A program made the translations under genes and the position numbers. The notes beneath the pieces were generated by a model, which worked only from the letters and a program-made list of their open reading frames with translations, searched no databases and had not been told where the DNA came from. 64,000 bases of DNA from Gemmatimonadota bacterium (GTDB lineage: Bacteria; Gemmatimonadota; Gemmatimonadetes; Palauibacterales; Palauibacteraceae), in assembly GCA_022825725.1 (NCBI GenBank), contig JAJDWE010000020.1, positions 6,578-70,577 on the forward strand, written 5' to 3'. Shown piece by piece: positions 26,613 to 34,414 of this stretch (the stretch's first letter is position 1; the number at the start of each line of letters is the position of its first letter).

Positions 26613-27497
26613 TTGCAACCGGACATCGCGAAGATCATCGAGGAACTCGAAGCGGTGGGATACATCGCGGACCGGGGGATCGCGACGGCGGTCCATCTCG
26701 GCCTCGCCATGGAGAAGCCGCTCCTCGTCGAGGGGGCCGCCGGCGTCGGCAAGACCGAGATCGCGAAGGCGATCGCCGCGTGGCTCGAAGCGGAACTCAT
26801 CCGTCTCCAGTGCTACGAGGGGCTCGACCTTCCCACGGCCCTCTACGAGTGGAACTACCAGAAGCAACTCCTCCACATCCGCCTGCAGGACGGCGACCGC
26901 GATGCCGAGGCGGTCCAGCGCACGATCTTCGGGCCGGACTTCCTCCTCGAGCGGCCGCTCCTGCGCGCGATTCGCTGCAAGACGCGTCCGGTCCTTCTCA
27001 TCGACGAGGTGGACCGGGCGGACGAGGAGTTCGAGGCGTTCCTGCTCGAGCTGCTGTCGGACTTCCAGGTCTCGATCCCGGAGCTGGGCACGGTCGAGGC
27101 CCGGACCCGGCCCGTCGTCGTGCTCACCTCGAACGGGACGCGCGAGCTGTCCGACGCGCTGCGCCGCCGCTGCCTCTATCTGTGGATCGATTATCCCGAG
27201 CCGGGGCGGGAGGTCGAGATTCTGCGGCGGCGACGCCCGGACATCGCGGCCGCCCGGGCGCGGGAGGCCGTGGAGCTCGCCCAGCGGCTGCGGCGCGAGC
27301 GGCTCGCGAAGCCCCCCGGCGTGGCGGAGACGCTGGACTTCGCCGCGGCGCTCGAGCATCTGGGGCCGGAGCCGCTGCGTCCGGCGACGGCGCGCGACGC
27401 GATCGGGGCGCTCGTGAAGGACCCGAACGACCTGGCCGGGCTGACGGAGGAGCGGCTGGGGGAACTGCTCGCCTCGGCGGAGGACGGCGGGGGTTGA
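26613..27497 (+). CDS. MoxR-family AAA+ ATPase (CoxD-like)
   Basis: Walker A GAAGVGKTE, Walker B LLIDEVDRAD, and MoxR-type sensor regions. TTG start at 26613 has GGGGAGG 8 nt upstream. The track's start at 26256 would overlap the divergent coxG-like gene and is rejected. Confidence 0.88.
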   Translation: MQPDIAKIIEELEAVGYIADRGIATAVHLGLAMEKPLLVEGAAGVGKTEIAKAIAAWLEAELIRLQCYEGLDLPTALYEWNYQKQLLHIRLQDGDRDAEAVQRTIFGPDFLLERPLLRAIRCKTRPVLLIDEVDRADEEFEAFLLELLSDFQVSIPELGTVEARTRPVVVLTSNGTRELSDALRRRCLYLWIDYPEPGREVEILRRRRPDIAAARAREAVELAQRLRRERLAKPPGVAETLDFAAALEHLGPEPLRPATARDAIGALVKDPNDLAGLTEERLGELLASAEDGGG

Positions 27498-28633
27498 CGC
27501 CGGAGCGCGTCGTCGACCTGGGCCGGCGACTGCGCAACGAAGGGGTGGCCTGCGCGCTTTCCGAGTCCACGACGGCGCTCGCCACGCTCCCGCACATCGA
27601 TACGGAAGATGTGGAGGATGTGAGAGCGGGCCTCCGCGCGGCATTCTGCTCGAGCGCCGCGGACCTCGAGATCTTCGACCGCTGCTTCCCCGCGTGGTGG
27701 CGGGGAGCACAGCCGTCCTCCGCGGTCGAGGACCTCCTCTCGAAGGCCGCGCGGGACCGAGGGGCTCGCCAGGCGGCCGGCGCGCCTTCCGGACCGGACG
27801 GGCCGCCGCCAATGGCCCGCGATGACCTCGGCGAGCAGGTTCGCGACGAGCCGGACTCCCCGGAGCGCCCGATCGGCGCCGTCTACAGCGCCGCCCACTC
27901 GCTCGCGCGGCGCTCCTTCGCCTCGATCGGCGACGAGGAGCTGCGCGAGGTCGACGTCTGGCTCGAGCGGCTGATGGTGCGGCTTTCCACGCGACGCAGC
28001 CGCCGACTCGAGCCCGGCGGCCGCCGGGGGCCGATCGACGTCCGGAGGACGCTGCGGTCGCTCGTCGCGCACGAGGGCGAACTCGTTCGGCTGGCGCGAC
28101 GACGGCGACGGCACATACCGCCGCAACTCGTCGTCCTGTGCGACGTGAGTGGCTCGATGGAGCGCTACAGCCGCTTCCTGCTGCGTTTCCTGCTGGGGTG
28201 CGGGCGCGCGCGGGATATCCAGACCTTCGCCTTCAGCACACGTCTCACGCACCTCACACCATGGCTGGCCGGCGAAGAGATCGATCCCGCCCTGGACCGC
28301 CTGCGGGCCCGCGGCTGGTCGAGCGGGACGCGGATCGGCGAGTGCCTGGAGACGTTCGTGACTCGCCACGGCCGGCGGATGCTCGGTCGGCGGACGCTCG
28401 TGATCATCCTCTCCGACGGACTCGACCAGGGCGAGGTCGAACCCCTCCGGCGCGCCATGGGCTGGATTCAGCGGCGAGCGCGCCGGGTGATCTGGCTCAA
28501 TCCCCTGCTCGAGAGTTCGCGCTACGCGCCCGAAGCCCGGGGCATGCGCACAGCCCTCCCCTACGTGGATTACTTCCAGTCGGGACACAGCCTCGAAGCG
28601 CTGAGGACGCTCCCGGGGCTGCTCAGGTTGTGA
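27494..28633 (+). CDS. vWA-domain protein, CoxE-like (DUF58/vWA partner of the MoxR ATPase)
   Basis: 379 aa. vWA MIDAS motif LCDVSGSM and a C-terminal CoxE-type region (VIWLNPLLE). TTG start overlaps the moxR-like TGA (TTGA). Confidence 0.8.
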   Translation: MTPERVVDLGRRLRNEGVACALSESTTALATLPHIDTEDVEDVRAGLRAAFCSSAADLEIFDRCFPAWWRGAQPSSAVEDLLSKAARDRGARQAAGAPSGPDGPPPMARDDLGEQVRDEPDSPERPIGAVYSAAHSLARRSFASIGDEELREVDVWLERLMVRLSTRRSRRLEPGGRRGPIDVRRTLRSLVAHEGELVRLARRRRRHIPPQLVVLCDVSGSMERYSRFLLRFLLGCGRARDIQTFAFSTRLTHLTPWLAGEEIDPALDRLRARGWSSGTRIGECLETFVTRHGRRMLGRRTLVIILSDGLDQGEVEPLRRAMGWIQRRARRVIWLNPLLESSRYAPEARGMRTALPYVDYFQSGHSLEALRTLPGLLRL

Positions 28634-28665
28634 CGGGAGAACGACGAGACGGAGATTGAAGGCGG

Positions 28666-28703
28666 TCGCGACGGGATCCGGGAGACTCCGGATCCCGTCG
28701 CGA
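28666..28703. terminator. Perfect 16-bp inverted repeat with a 6-nt loop between the convergent coxE-like and HU genes (bidirectional hairpin)
   Basis: TCGCGACGGGATCCGG-GAGACT-CCGGATCCCGTCGCGA. The arms are exactly complementary. Flanking U tracts are weak on both strands, so the terminator call is tentative. Confidence 0.5.
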
Positions 28704-28711
28704 TGATCGAC

Positions 28712-29005
28712 CTAGGCTCGGACGCGGTCCTTGAGCCCCTTGCCCGCCTTGAAGGTGGGAACGTTCATGGCCGCAATCTGAATCGACTCGCCGGTCTGAG
28801 GGTTCCGACCCATGCGCGCCTTGCGGTGCCGGGTGCCGAACGTGCCGAAGCCGGTGACCGTGAAGTCGCGGCCGGCGTCAAGCTCGCCTGCGATGATCCC
28901 TTGGCCCGAATCCGTCGAGAAAATGCAGTCGATCACATCCCGCGCGCTGGCTTTGCTCAGGCCGGCTTGTGAGGCGAGCTTCGCCGCGAAATCGTCTTTG
29001 GTCAT
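28712..29005 (-). CDS. hup: HU/IHF-family nucleoid-associated DNA-binding protein
   Basis: 97 aa. The motifs GFGTFGTRHRKARMGRNPQTGESIQI are typical of the bacterial HU beta-arm. SD AGGGAG lies 8 nt upstream of ATG 29005. Confidence 0.9.
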   Translation of the reverse strand: MTKDDFAAKLASQAGLSKASARDVIDCIFSTDSGQGIIAGELDAGRDFTVTGFGTFGTRHRKARMGRNPQTGESIQIAAMNVPTFKAGKGLKDRVRA

Positions 29006-29053
29006 CCTGGGTTCTCCCTGTTGAAAGTAAGCTCCGACGAGCGATCCGGGCGC

Positions 29054-29083
29054 ATAATTCCCCCGCCATCGCGGGATTGCAAG
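29054..29083 (-). promoter_or_regulatory. Possible promoter for hup (TTGCAA-N18-AATTAT on the minus strand)
   Basis: AT-rich hexamers about 50-80 nt upstream of the hup ATG in an otherwise GC-rich spacer. Weak, pattern-based call. Confidence 0.3.
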
Positions 29084-29116
29084 TGTGGCGCGCGATCTCG
29101 CCCGTCGAGGGGGCGG

Positions 29117-29437
29117 CTAGTGGGCGTCCGCCGAGAACACTTTCCGCGTCATCGTGACGCCGACGAGCTTGAAGACCACGTTCCCGATCCGGCCGAGCAG
29201 CATCGTCGGCAGGGCCGCGGGCACGAGCGTCCCCCACACGATGCGCAGGAATCCGCTCTCTCCGCCCAGGCCACCGAGCGCCAGCCGCAGCACGGCGAAG
29301 ATGCCGAGGAAAACGATGAGGTTGAGCAGAAGCCCCAGCACCTGGCGGCCGGGCGATCCGGTCTCCGCGTCGTAGAGGCCGCCGAAGAAGATCGCAGCCA
29401 CAAGCCAGAAGATGCAGATTGCGAAGAGCCAGTCCAT
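29117..29437 (-). CDS. Small hydrophobic membrane protein (hypothetical, 106 aa)
   Basis: ATG 29437 has GGAGG 8 nt upstream. Three predicted helices (MDWLFAICIFWLVAAIFFGG.., LGLLLNLIVFLGIFAVLRLALGGL.., LVPAALPTMLLGRIGNVV). No known domain recognised. The track's longer start adds a non-hydrophobic 41-aa extension. Confidence 0.5.
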   Translation of the reverse strand: MDWLFAICIFWLVAAIFFGGLYDAETGSPGRQVLGLLLNLIVFLGIFAVLRLALGGLGGESGFLRIVWGTLVPAALPTMLLGRIGNVVFKLVGVTMTRKVFSADAH

Positions 29438-29560
29438 CAGTGGAGCCTCCGTGTCGGGAAACCGGGTCGGGTTGGGGACGGGGGAACATACATGGCCCCC
29501 GGCGATCCTCGAAAGTAGCTTGCCCCCGCAGCTTCGAAACGCTCTCCCGGAGAGGGTCAC

Positions 29561-30664
29561 ATGAAAGCGCCTTCACTCACGCTCGGGATCGAAGAGGAGT
29601 ACCAGGTCGTCCATCCGGAGACCGGCGAACTCACGTCGTTCATCACCGAGATTCTCGAGGGTGATCCGGAGACGCGCGGGCAGATCCACCCGGAACTTCA
29701 CCAGGCGTGCGTGGAGACGGCGAGCGAGGTCTGCCGGGATGTGGCGGAGGCGCGCGAGGAGGTCGTGCGCATGCGACGCCTCGTCAGCGGCACGGTCGCC
29801 GAGAAGGGGCTCGCCATCGTGGCCGCGGGCACGCACCCCTTCTCGACCTGGGAGCAGCAGGACATCACGCCGCTCGACCGTTATGTCGGACTGCGGGAGG
29901 ATCTGCAGCAGGTCGCCGAACGGAACCTGATCTTCGGCACCCACATCCATGTGGGCATCGAGGATCGGGACTTCATGGTCGACGCGATGAACGTCTCGCG
30001 GTACTTCCTCCCGCACGTCCTCGCCCTCTCCACCAGTTCCCCATTCTGGGAGGGGTCGAAGACAGGGCTCCATTCGTACCGAAGCATCATCTGGCGCAAC
30101 TTTCCGCGCACGGGCATCCCGATGAGCTTCGGAGGCTGGAGCGAGTACGACCACTTCATCGAGACGATGGTCCGCTCGAACACGATCCCGGACCCGACCA
30201 AGATCTGGTGGGATGTGCGTCCCAACCACAAGTTCCCGACGCTCGAATTCCGCGTGTGCGACATGTGCACGCGGGTGGAGGAGGTCGTGTGCATCGCCGC
30301 CATCTTCCAGGCGTTGGTGGCGAAGCTGTGGAAGCTGCGGCGGGACAACCTCACCTTCCGCCTCTATCCCGAAGTCCTCCTGGCGGAGAACAAGTGGCGC
30401 GCCGCCCGGTACGGGCTGACGGGCAAGCTCATCGATTTCGGGCGGCAGAGCGAACACCCCGCCAGCGATCTGATCGTCGAACTCATCGAGTGGTTCCTCG
30501 ACGACGTGGTCGACGAACTCGGCACCCGCGCGGAGGTGGAATACGCGCTCCGGATCCTCAGGGAAGGGTCGAGTTCGCAGCGGCAACTCGCCGTGTACGA
30601 AGAGACCGGCGACGTGGGGGCCGTGGTCCGGCACCTCATGGCGGAGACGCTCGAAGGGGTCTGA
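29561..30664 (+). CDS. ybdK: Carboxylate-amine ligase YbdK (glutamate-cysteine ligase family 2)
   Basis: 367 aa. Family-2 GCS motifs (LGIEEEYQVV, GTHIHVGI, EFRVCD). SD GGAGAGGG lies 4 nt upstream of the ATG. Confidence 0.9.
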   Translation: MKAPSLTLGIEEEYQVVHPETGELTSFITEILEGDPETRGQIHPELHQACVETASEVCRDVAEAREEVVRMRRLVSGTVAEKGLAIVAAGTHPFSTWEQQDITPLDRYVGLREDLQQVAERNLIFGTHIHVGIEDRDFMVDAMNVSRYFLPHVLALSTSSPFWEGSKTGLHSYRSIIWRNFPRTGIPMSFGGWSEYDHFIETMVRSNTIPDPTKIWWDVRPNHKFPTLEFRVCDMCTRVEEVVCIAAIFQALVAKLWKLRRDNLTFRLYPEVLLAENKWRAARYGLTGKLIDFGRQSEHPASDLIVELIEWFLDDVVDELGTRAEVEYALRILREGSSSQRQLAVYEETGDVGAVVRHLMAETLEGV

Positions 30665-30687
30665 AGGCAGCCTCCGCGCGCCGGCTC

Positions 30688-32088
30688 TTACGTCATGCCG
30701 AGGTCCCGCGCCGTCCGATCGATCCCCGCCCGGGCCTTCGTCACGAGTTCGTCGATCTCCTCGCGCGTGATCGTGAGCGGCGGACTCGTGCAGATGACGT
30801 CGCGCATGGCGCGGAACACGACCCCTTCGTCGTAGAGGTGCTCGTGACAGAGGGCGCCCACCTCGCCCATGGGCTCGAACAGCGCCCGGGTCGCCTTGTC
30901 CTTCGAGAGTTCGACGCTGGCCACGAGTCCGACGCCCCGCACTTCGCCCACGAGCGGGTGATCGTTCAACTCCCTCAACCGCGCCTGGAAGTAGGGACCC
31001 GTGTCCTCCCTCACCCGGTCGACGACCCCTTCCTCCCTCATGATCCGGAGGTTCTCCAGCGCCACGGCGGCGGAGACGGGGTGGCCCGAATAGGTGTACC
31101 CGTGCGGGATCACGCCCCCTTCGGCCAGGACGCCGTACACCGCATCGGTCATGAGCACGGCGGACATCGGCAGATAGCCGGACGTGAGCCCCTTGGCGAT
31201 CGTCATGAGGTCGGCCTCGATCCCGAACTTCTGGGCGCCGAACCATTCGCCCGTGCGACCGAAGCCGGTGATCACCTCGTCGCAGACCACGAGCACATCG
31301 TTCGCGCGGCAGATGCGCTGGATCTCGGGCCAGTAGTTGTCCGGCGGCACGATGACGCCCCCGGCGCCGATGACGGGCTCGCCGATGAACGCCGCCACCC
31401 GATCCGCACCGAGTTCGGCGATCTTCTCCTCCACCGCCCGGGCCGCCCGCGCGCCGGTCTCCTCCGGCGTCTCGTCGGGCGCTCCCATGGCGAACCAATA
31501 CGGGGGCATCACGTGCTCGAAGCCGGGTAACGGCAGGTCGCCCACCGCGTGCATGGCCTCGAAACCGCCCAGACTGGCGGCGGCCATCGTGCTGCCGTGA
31601 TACGCGTAGGTTCGGCTGATGAACGTCTTCTTTTCGGGTTTTCCGCGGAGGTCCCAGTATCGGCGGACGAGGCGGACGATGGTGTCGTTCGCTTCGGAAC
31701 CGGAGCTCGAGAAGAAGGTGTGCGCGATCGCGCCGGGCGTGAGTTCAGCGAGGACGCGCGACAGCTCGATCGTGGCCGGGGGCGCCGAACGGAAGAACGT
31801 GTTGTAGTAGGGGAGTTCAACCATCTGGTCGTACGCCGCCCTCGCAAGTTCCTCCCGTCCGTAGCCGAGATTCACGCACCACAGGCCGCCCATGCCATCG
31901 AGGATGCGCCGGCCGTCGGAGTCGATGAGGTGGCGGCCCTCCGCGCCCACGATCACGCGCGTCCCCTTCTCGGCGACGACCCTGGGGTCGATGAAGGGGT
32001 GGACGTGGTGGCGTCGGTCGATGTCCTGCCATTGAGCCGTTGCGGTCCCGGCGGGGTTCGCCGTGGCGGAGTTCGTCGTGGCGGTCAC
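30688..32088 (-). CDS. Class-III pyridoxal-phosphate aminotransferase (omega-aminotransferase, beta-alanine/pyruvate or similar)
   Basis: 466 aa. AT-III fold signatures (GGLWCVNLGYGREEL, AYHGSTMAAASLGG, DEVITGFGRTGEWFG). The reactive lysine lies in a TIAKGL context. Confidence 0.85.
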   Translation of the reverse strand: MTATTNSATANPAGTATAQWQDIDRRHHVHPFIDPRVVAEKGTRVIVGAEGRHLIDSDGRRILDGMGGLWCVNLGYGREELARAAYDQMVELPYYNTFFRSAPPATIELSRVLAELTPGAIAHTFFSSSGSEANDTIVRLVRRYWDLRGKPEKKTFISRTYAYHGSTMAAASLGGFEAMHAVGDLPLPGFEHVMPPYWFAMGAPDETPEETGARAARAVEEKIAELGADRVAAFIGEPVIGAGGVIVPPDNYWPEIQRICRANDVLVVCDEVITGFGRTGEWFGAQKFGIEADLMTIAKGLTSGYLPMSAVLMTDAVYGVLAEGGVIPHGYTYSGHPVSAAVALENLRIMREEGVVDRVREDTGPYFQARLRELNDHPLVGEVRGVGLVASVELSKDKATRALFEPMGEVGALCHEHLYDEGVVFRAMRDVICTSPPLTITREEIDELVTKARAGIDRTARDLGMT

Positions 32089-33392
32089 GCGGCGCCTCCT
32101 GGTTGGTTTGTCGGCGGGGACAACATATCAGCCGGCGGCGGCTCCACGAGTCCGAGCGCCGCATGCAGGAGGACGTTGGCGCCCGTCTCCGCCTGGGCGG
32201 GCGTGATGTTCTCCGCCTCGTTGTGGCTGATGCCGTCTTCGCAGGGGACGAAGATCATCCCCGTCGGCGCGACGTCGTTCGTGTGCACGGAGTCATGGCC
32301 GGCGCCGGCCACGATCGGCATGGAGGCATAGCCGCAGAGATCCGCCGCCGCGCTGACGGCGTCGATGCACCGGTCGGAAAACCGCACGGGAGGGGAGCGC
32401 CAGACGTCATCGAGCCGCCACGCCGCTCCGCGTTCGAGACAGGCGCGGCGCGCCGCCTCGCGCAGACGGTCTTCCATCTCGTCGAGGGTCGAGTCGTCGG
32501 GGTGACGGAGGTCCACGCTCACCGTCACGCGCCCGGGCACGGTGTTCCGCGATGCCGGCTCCGCCGCCAGAACCCCGAAGGTCAGCCGACCGTCCGGCGC
32601 GAAGTCGCGTTCGATGCGGCGAAACGCGTCGACGAGAAACCGCCCGAACACCGCCACGGGATCCGTCCTCCGGGACAGCGGCGTCGACCCCGCGTGCGCC
32701 TCCTCTCCCGCGATGGTCAGGTCGAACCAGCGGGCGCCCTGTACGCCGGTCACCAGGCCGATCTCGCACCCGTTCTCCTCGAGAATCGGGCCCTGCTCGA
32801 TGTGCAACTCGAGAGCGGCGGCGAGCGGGCGACCCCCGACGGGAAGCGCACCGCGGTAGCCGATGCGGTCGATGGCGTCGGAGACCGTGACTCCGTCCGC
32901 GTCCGTCACACCGAGTGCATCCGCGAGCGCAAAGCGGCCGGAGAAGGCGCCCGAGCCCATCATGGCGGGCGGAAAGCGGGCGCCCTCCTCGTTCGTCCAG
33001 TTCACCACCTCGATCGGACGAGCCGTCCGAACCCCGTGCTCCTCAAGCGTTTCTACGACCTCCAGCGCCGCGAGGACGCCGAGCGGCCCGTCGAACCGCC
33101 CCCCCGTCGGCTGGCTGTCGAGGTGACTCCCGAGCACGAGAGGGGGTCGGCCTTCGGCCCCGGCGCCGCCGGTCCCGTCCCGGCGGGCAAACATGTTGCC
33201 GATCCCGTCGACGGACACCGCGAGGCCCAGCGACTCGGCCCACGCCCGGAAGAGATCGCGCGCCCGACGGTCCTCGTCGCTGAGGGCGAGGCGGTGGACG
33301 CCCCCGGCCGGAGTGGCGCCGATGCGCGCCATCTCCTCGAGGCGCCCCCAGAGCCGGTCTCCGTTCACCCGGAGTTCGGAGATCGCCGTCAC
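32085..33392 (-). CDS. M20-family Zn-dependent amidohydrolase (allantoate amidohydrolase / N-carbamoyl-amino-acid or beta-ureidopropionate hydrolase type)
   Basis: 435 aa. M20/M25/M40 metal-ligand motifs (GSHLDSQPTGGRFDG, NEEGARF) and a dimerisation domain. ATGA-type overlap with the downstream aminotransferase. Confidence 0.85.
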   Translation of the reverse strand: MTAISELRVNGDRLWGRLEEMARIGATPAGGVHRLALSDEDRRARDLFRAWAESLGLAVSVDGIGNMFARRDGTGGAGAEGRPPLVLGSHLDSQPTGGRFDGPLGVLAALEVVETLEEHGVRTARPIEVVNWTNEEGARFPPAMMGSGAFSGRFALADALGVTDADGVTVSDAIDRIGYRGALPVGGRPLAAALELHIEQGPILEENGCEIGLVTGVQGARWFDLTIAGEEAHAGSTPLSRRTDPVAVFGRFLVDAFRRIERDFAPDGRLTFGVLAAEPASRNTVPGRVTVSVDLRHPDDSTLDEMEDRLREAARRACLERGAAWRLDDVWRSPPVRFSDRCIDAVSAAADLCGYASMPIVAGAGHDSVHTNDVAPTGMIFVPCEDGISHNEAENITPAQAETGANVLLHAALGLVEPPPADMLSPPTNQPGGAA

Positions 33393-33453
33393 GGTCCGGA
33401 ACCCGCCAATGCAGGTCTCATCGACTTCAATGCGCGGGAGGCGTCATGCCGGC

Positions 33454-34389
33454 TCAATGGGCCGGGGGGGTCGTACCGGTGAGGACGGCCGTGACGAGGA
33501 GAAGCAGACCCGCCGCGCCCAGTTCGAAGGTGACGGTCGGCGGGAGACGGGGGGAACCTTCGGCTTCCCCGACCCGGCCGCGAGCGCGCCGCCAGTTGTA
33601 CGCGCCGCAACCCGCGATCGCGAGGACGACGAAGAGCTTCAGACTCAGCGTCCGGCCCCAGGGTTCGGTCCAGAGCGCCGAGATGGAGCCGAGATGGAGC
33701 CATGCCGCGAAGAGTCCGGTGACGGCGATGACCGTCGCCGAGCCCAGCGCGAGTGGCGAGAAGGCCGAGATCCAGTCGACGATGCGGCGCTTCGACAGCG
33801 AAGCCCCCCGGCGCCGGCCGAGATAAAGGACCCCCGCCATCACGGCCAGCGTGCCCAGCCACACGCCTCCCGCCACCATGTGGAAGATATCGGCGGTGAT
33901 CGCGGGAGTGACGAAGTGCTCGGCTCCGGCTGCATGCCCGGCCAGCGCCGGCGTGTACGCGAGAAGGGCCACTCCCGCCGTGGCCGCGATCCAGCCGAAT
34001 TCCGCCCTCGCGCCCCGCGCCGCGGCGAGCGCGAACGCCAGCCCGGAGAGAACGACCGCCGCGACCTGTCCGAGCCACGCCCGACCCCACGAAGTCCCGG
34101 TCACGAGCAGGCGAAGCTCCGCCCCCAGGGGTTCGAACGGATCGCGAAAGATGCTCGCCTCCGCCGCGAGGCGACCCAGCGTGCCCGCGCCGGCGAGGAG
34201 TACCGCCAGGCCGCCGATCCGCGCGGCCAGCCTCTCGGGCGTCACGCCGGCGGCGCCATCCTCCTCCGGCTCGAACCCCGGAAAGCGCCGGAGGATGACC
34301 AGCTTGAAGGCCACCGCCCCCACCGCGACGAGGAGACCCGCGAACAGCGCCCAGCGCGAGACCGTGCCGATCAGAAACCACATGTCCAT
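33454..34389 (-). CDS. CopD-family copper-resistance membrane protein
   Basis: 311 aa, eight predicted TM helices, and a conserved His-rich loop (HAAGAEHFVTPAITADIFHMVAGGVWLG). Confidence 0.75.
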   Translation of the reverse strand: MDMWFLIGTVSRWALFAGLLVAVGAVAFKLVILRRFPGFEPEEDGAAGVTPERLAARIGGLAVLLAGAGTLGRLAAEASIFRDPFEPLGAELRLLVTGTSWGRAWLGQVAAVVLSGLAFALAAARGARAEFGWIAATAGVALLAYTPALAGHAAGAEHFVTPAITADIFHMVAGGVWLGTLAVMAGVLYLGRRRGASLSKRRIVDWISAFSPLALGSATVIAVTGLFAAWLHLGSISALWTEPWGRTLSLKLFVVLAIAGCGAYNWRRARGRVGEAEGSPRLPPTVTFELGAAGLLLLVTAVLTGTTPPAH

Positions 34390-34414
34390 CCCGCCGCCTC
34401 CGGGCTGCCCGCGT

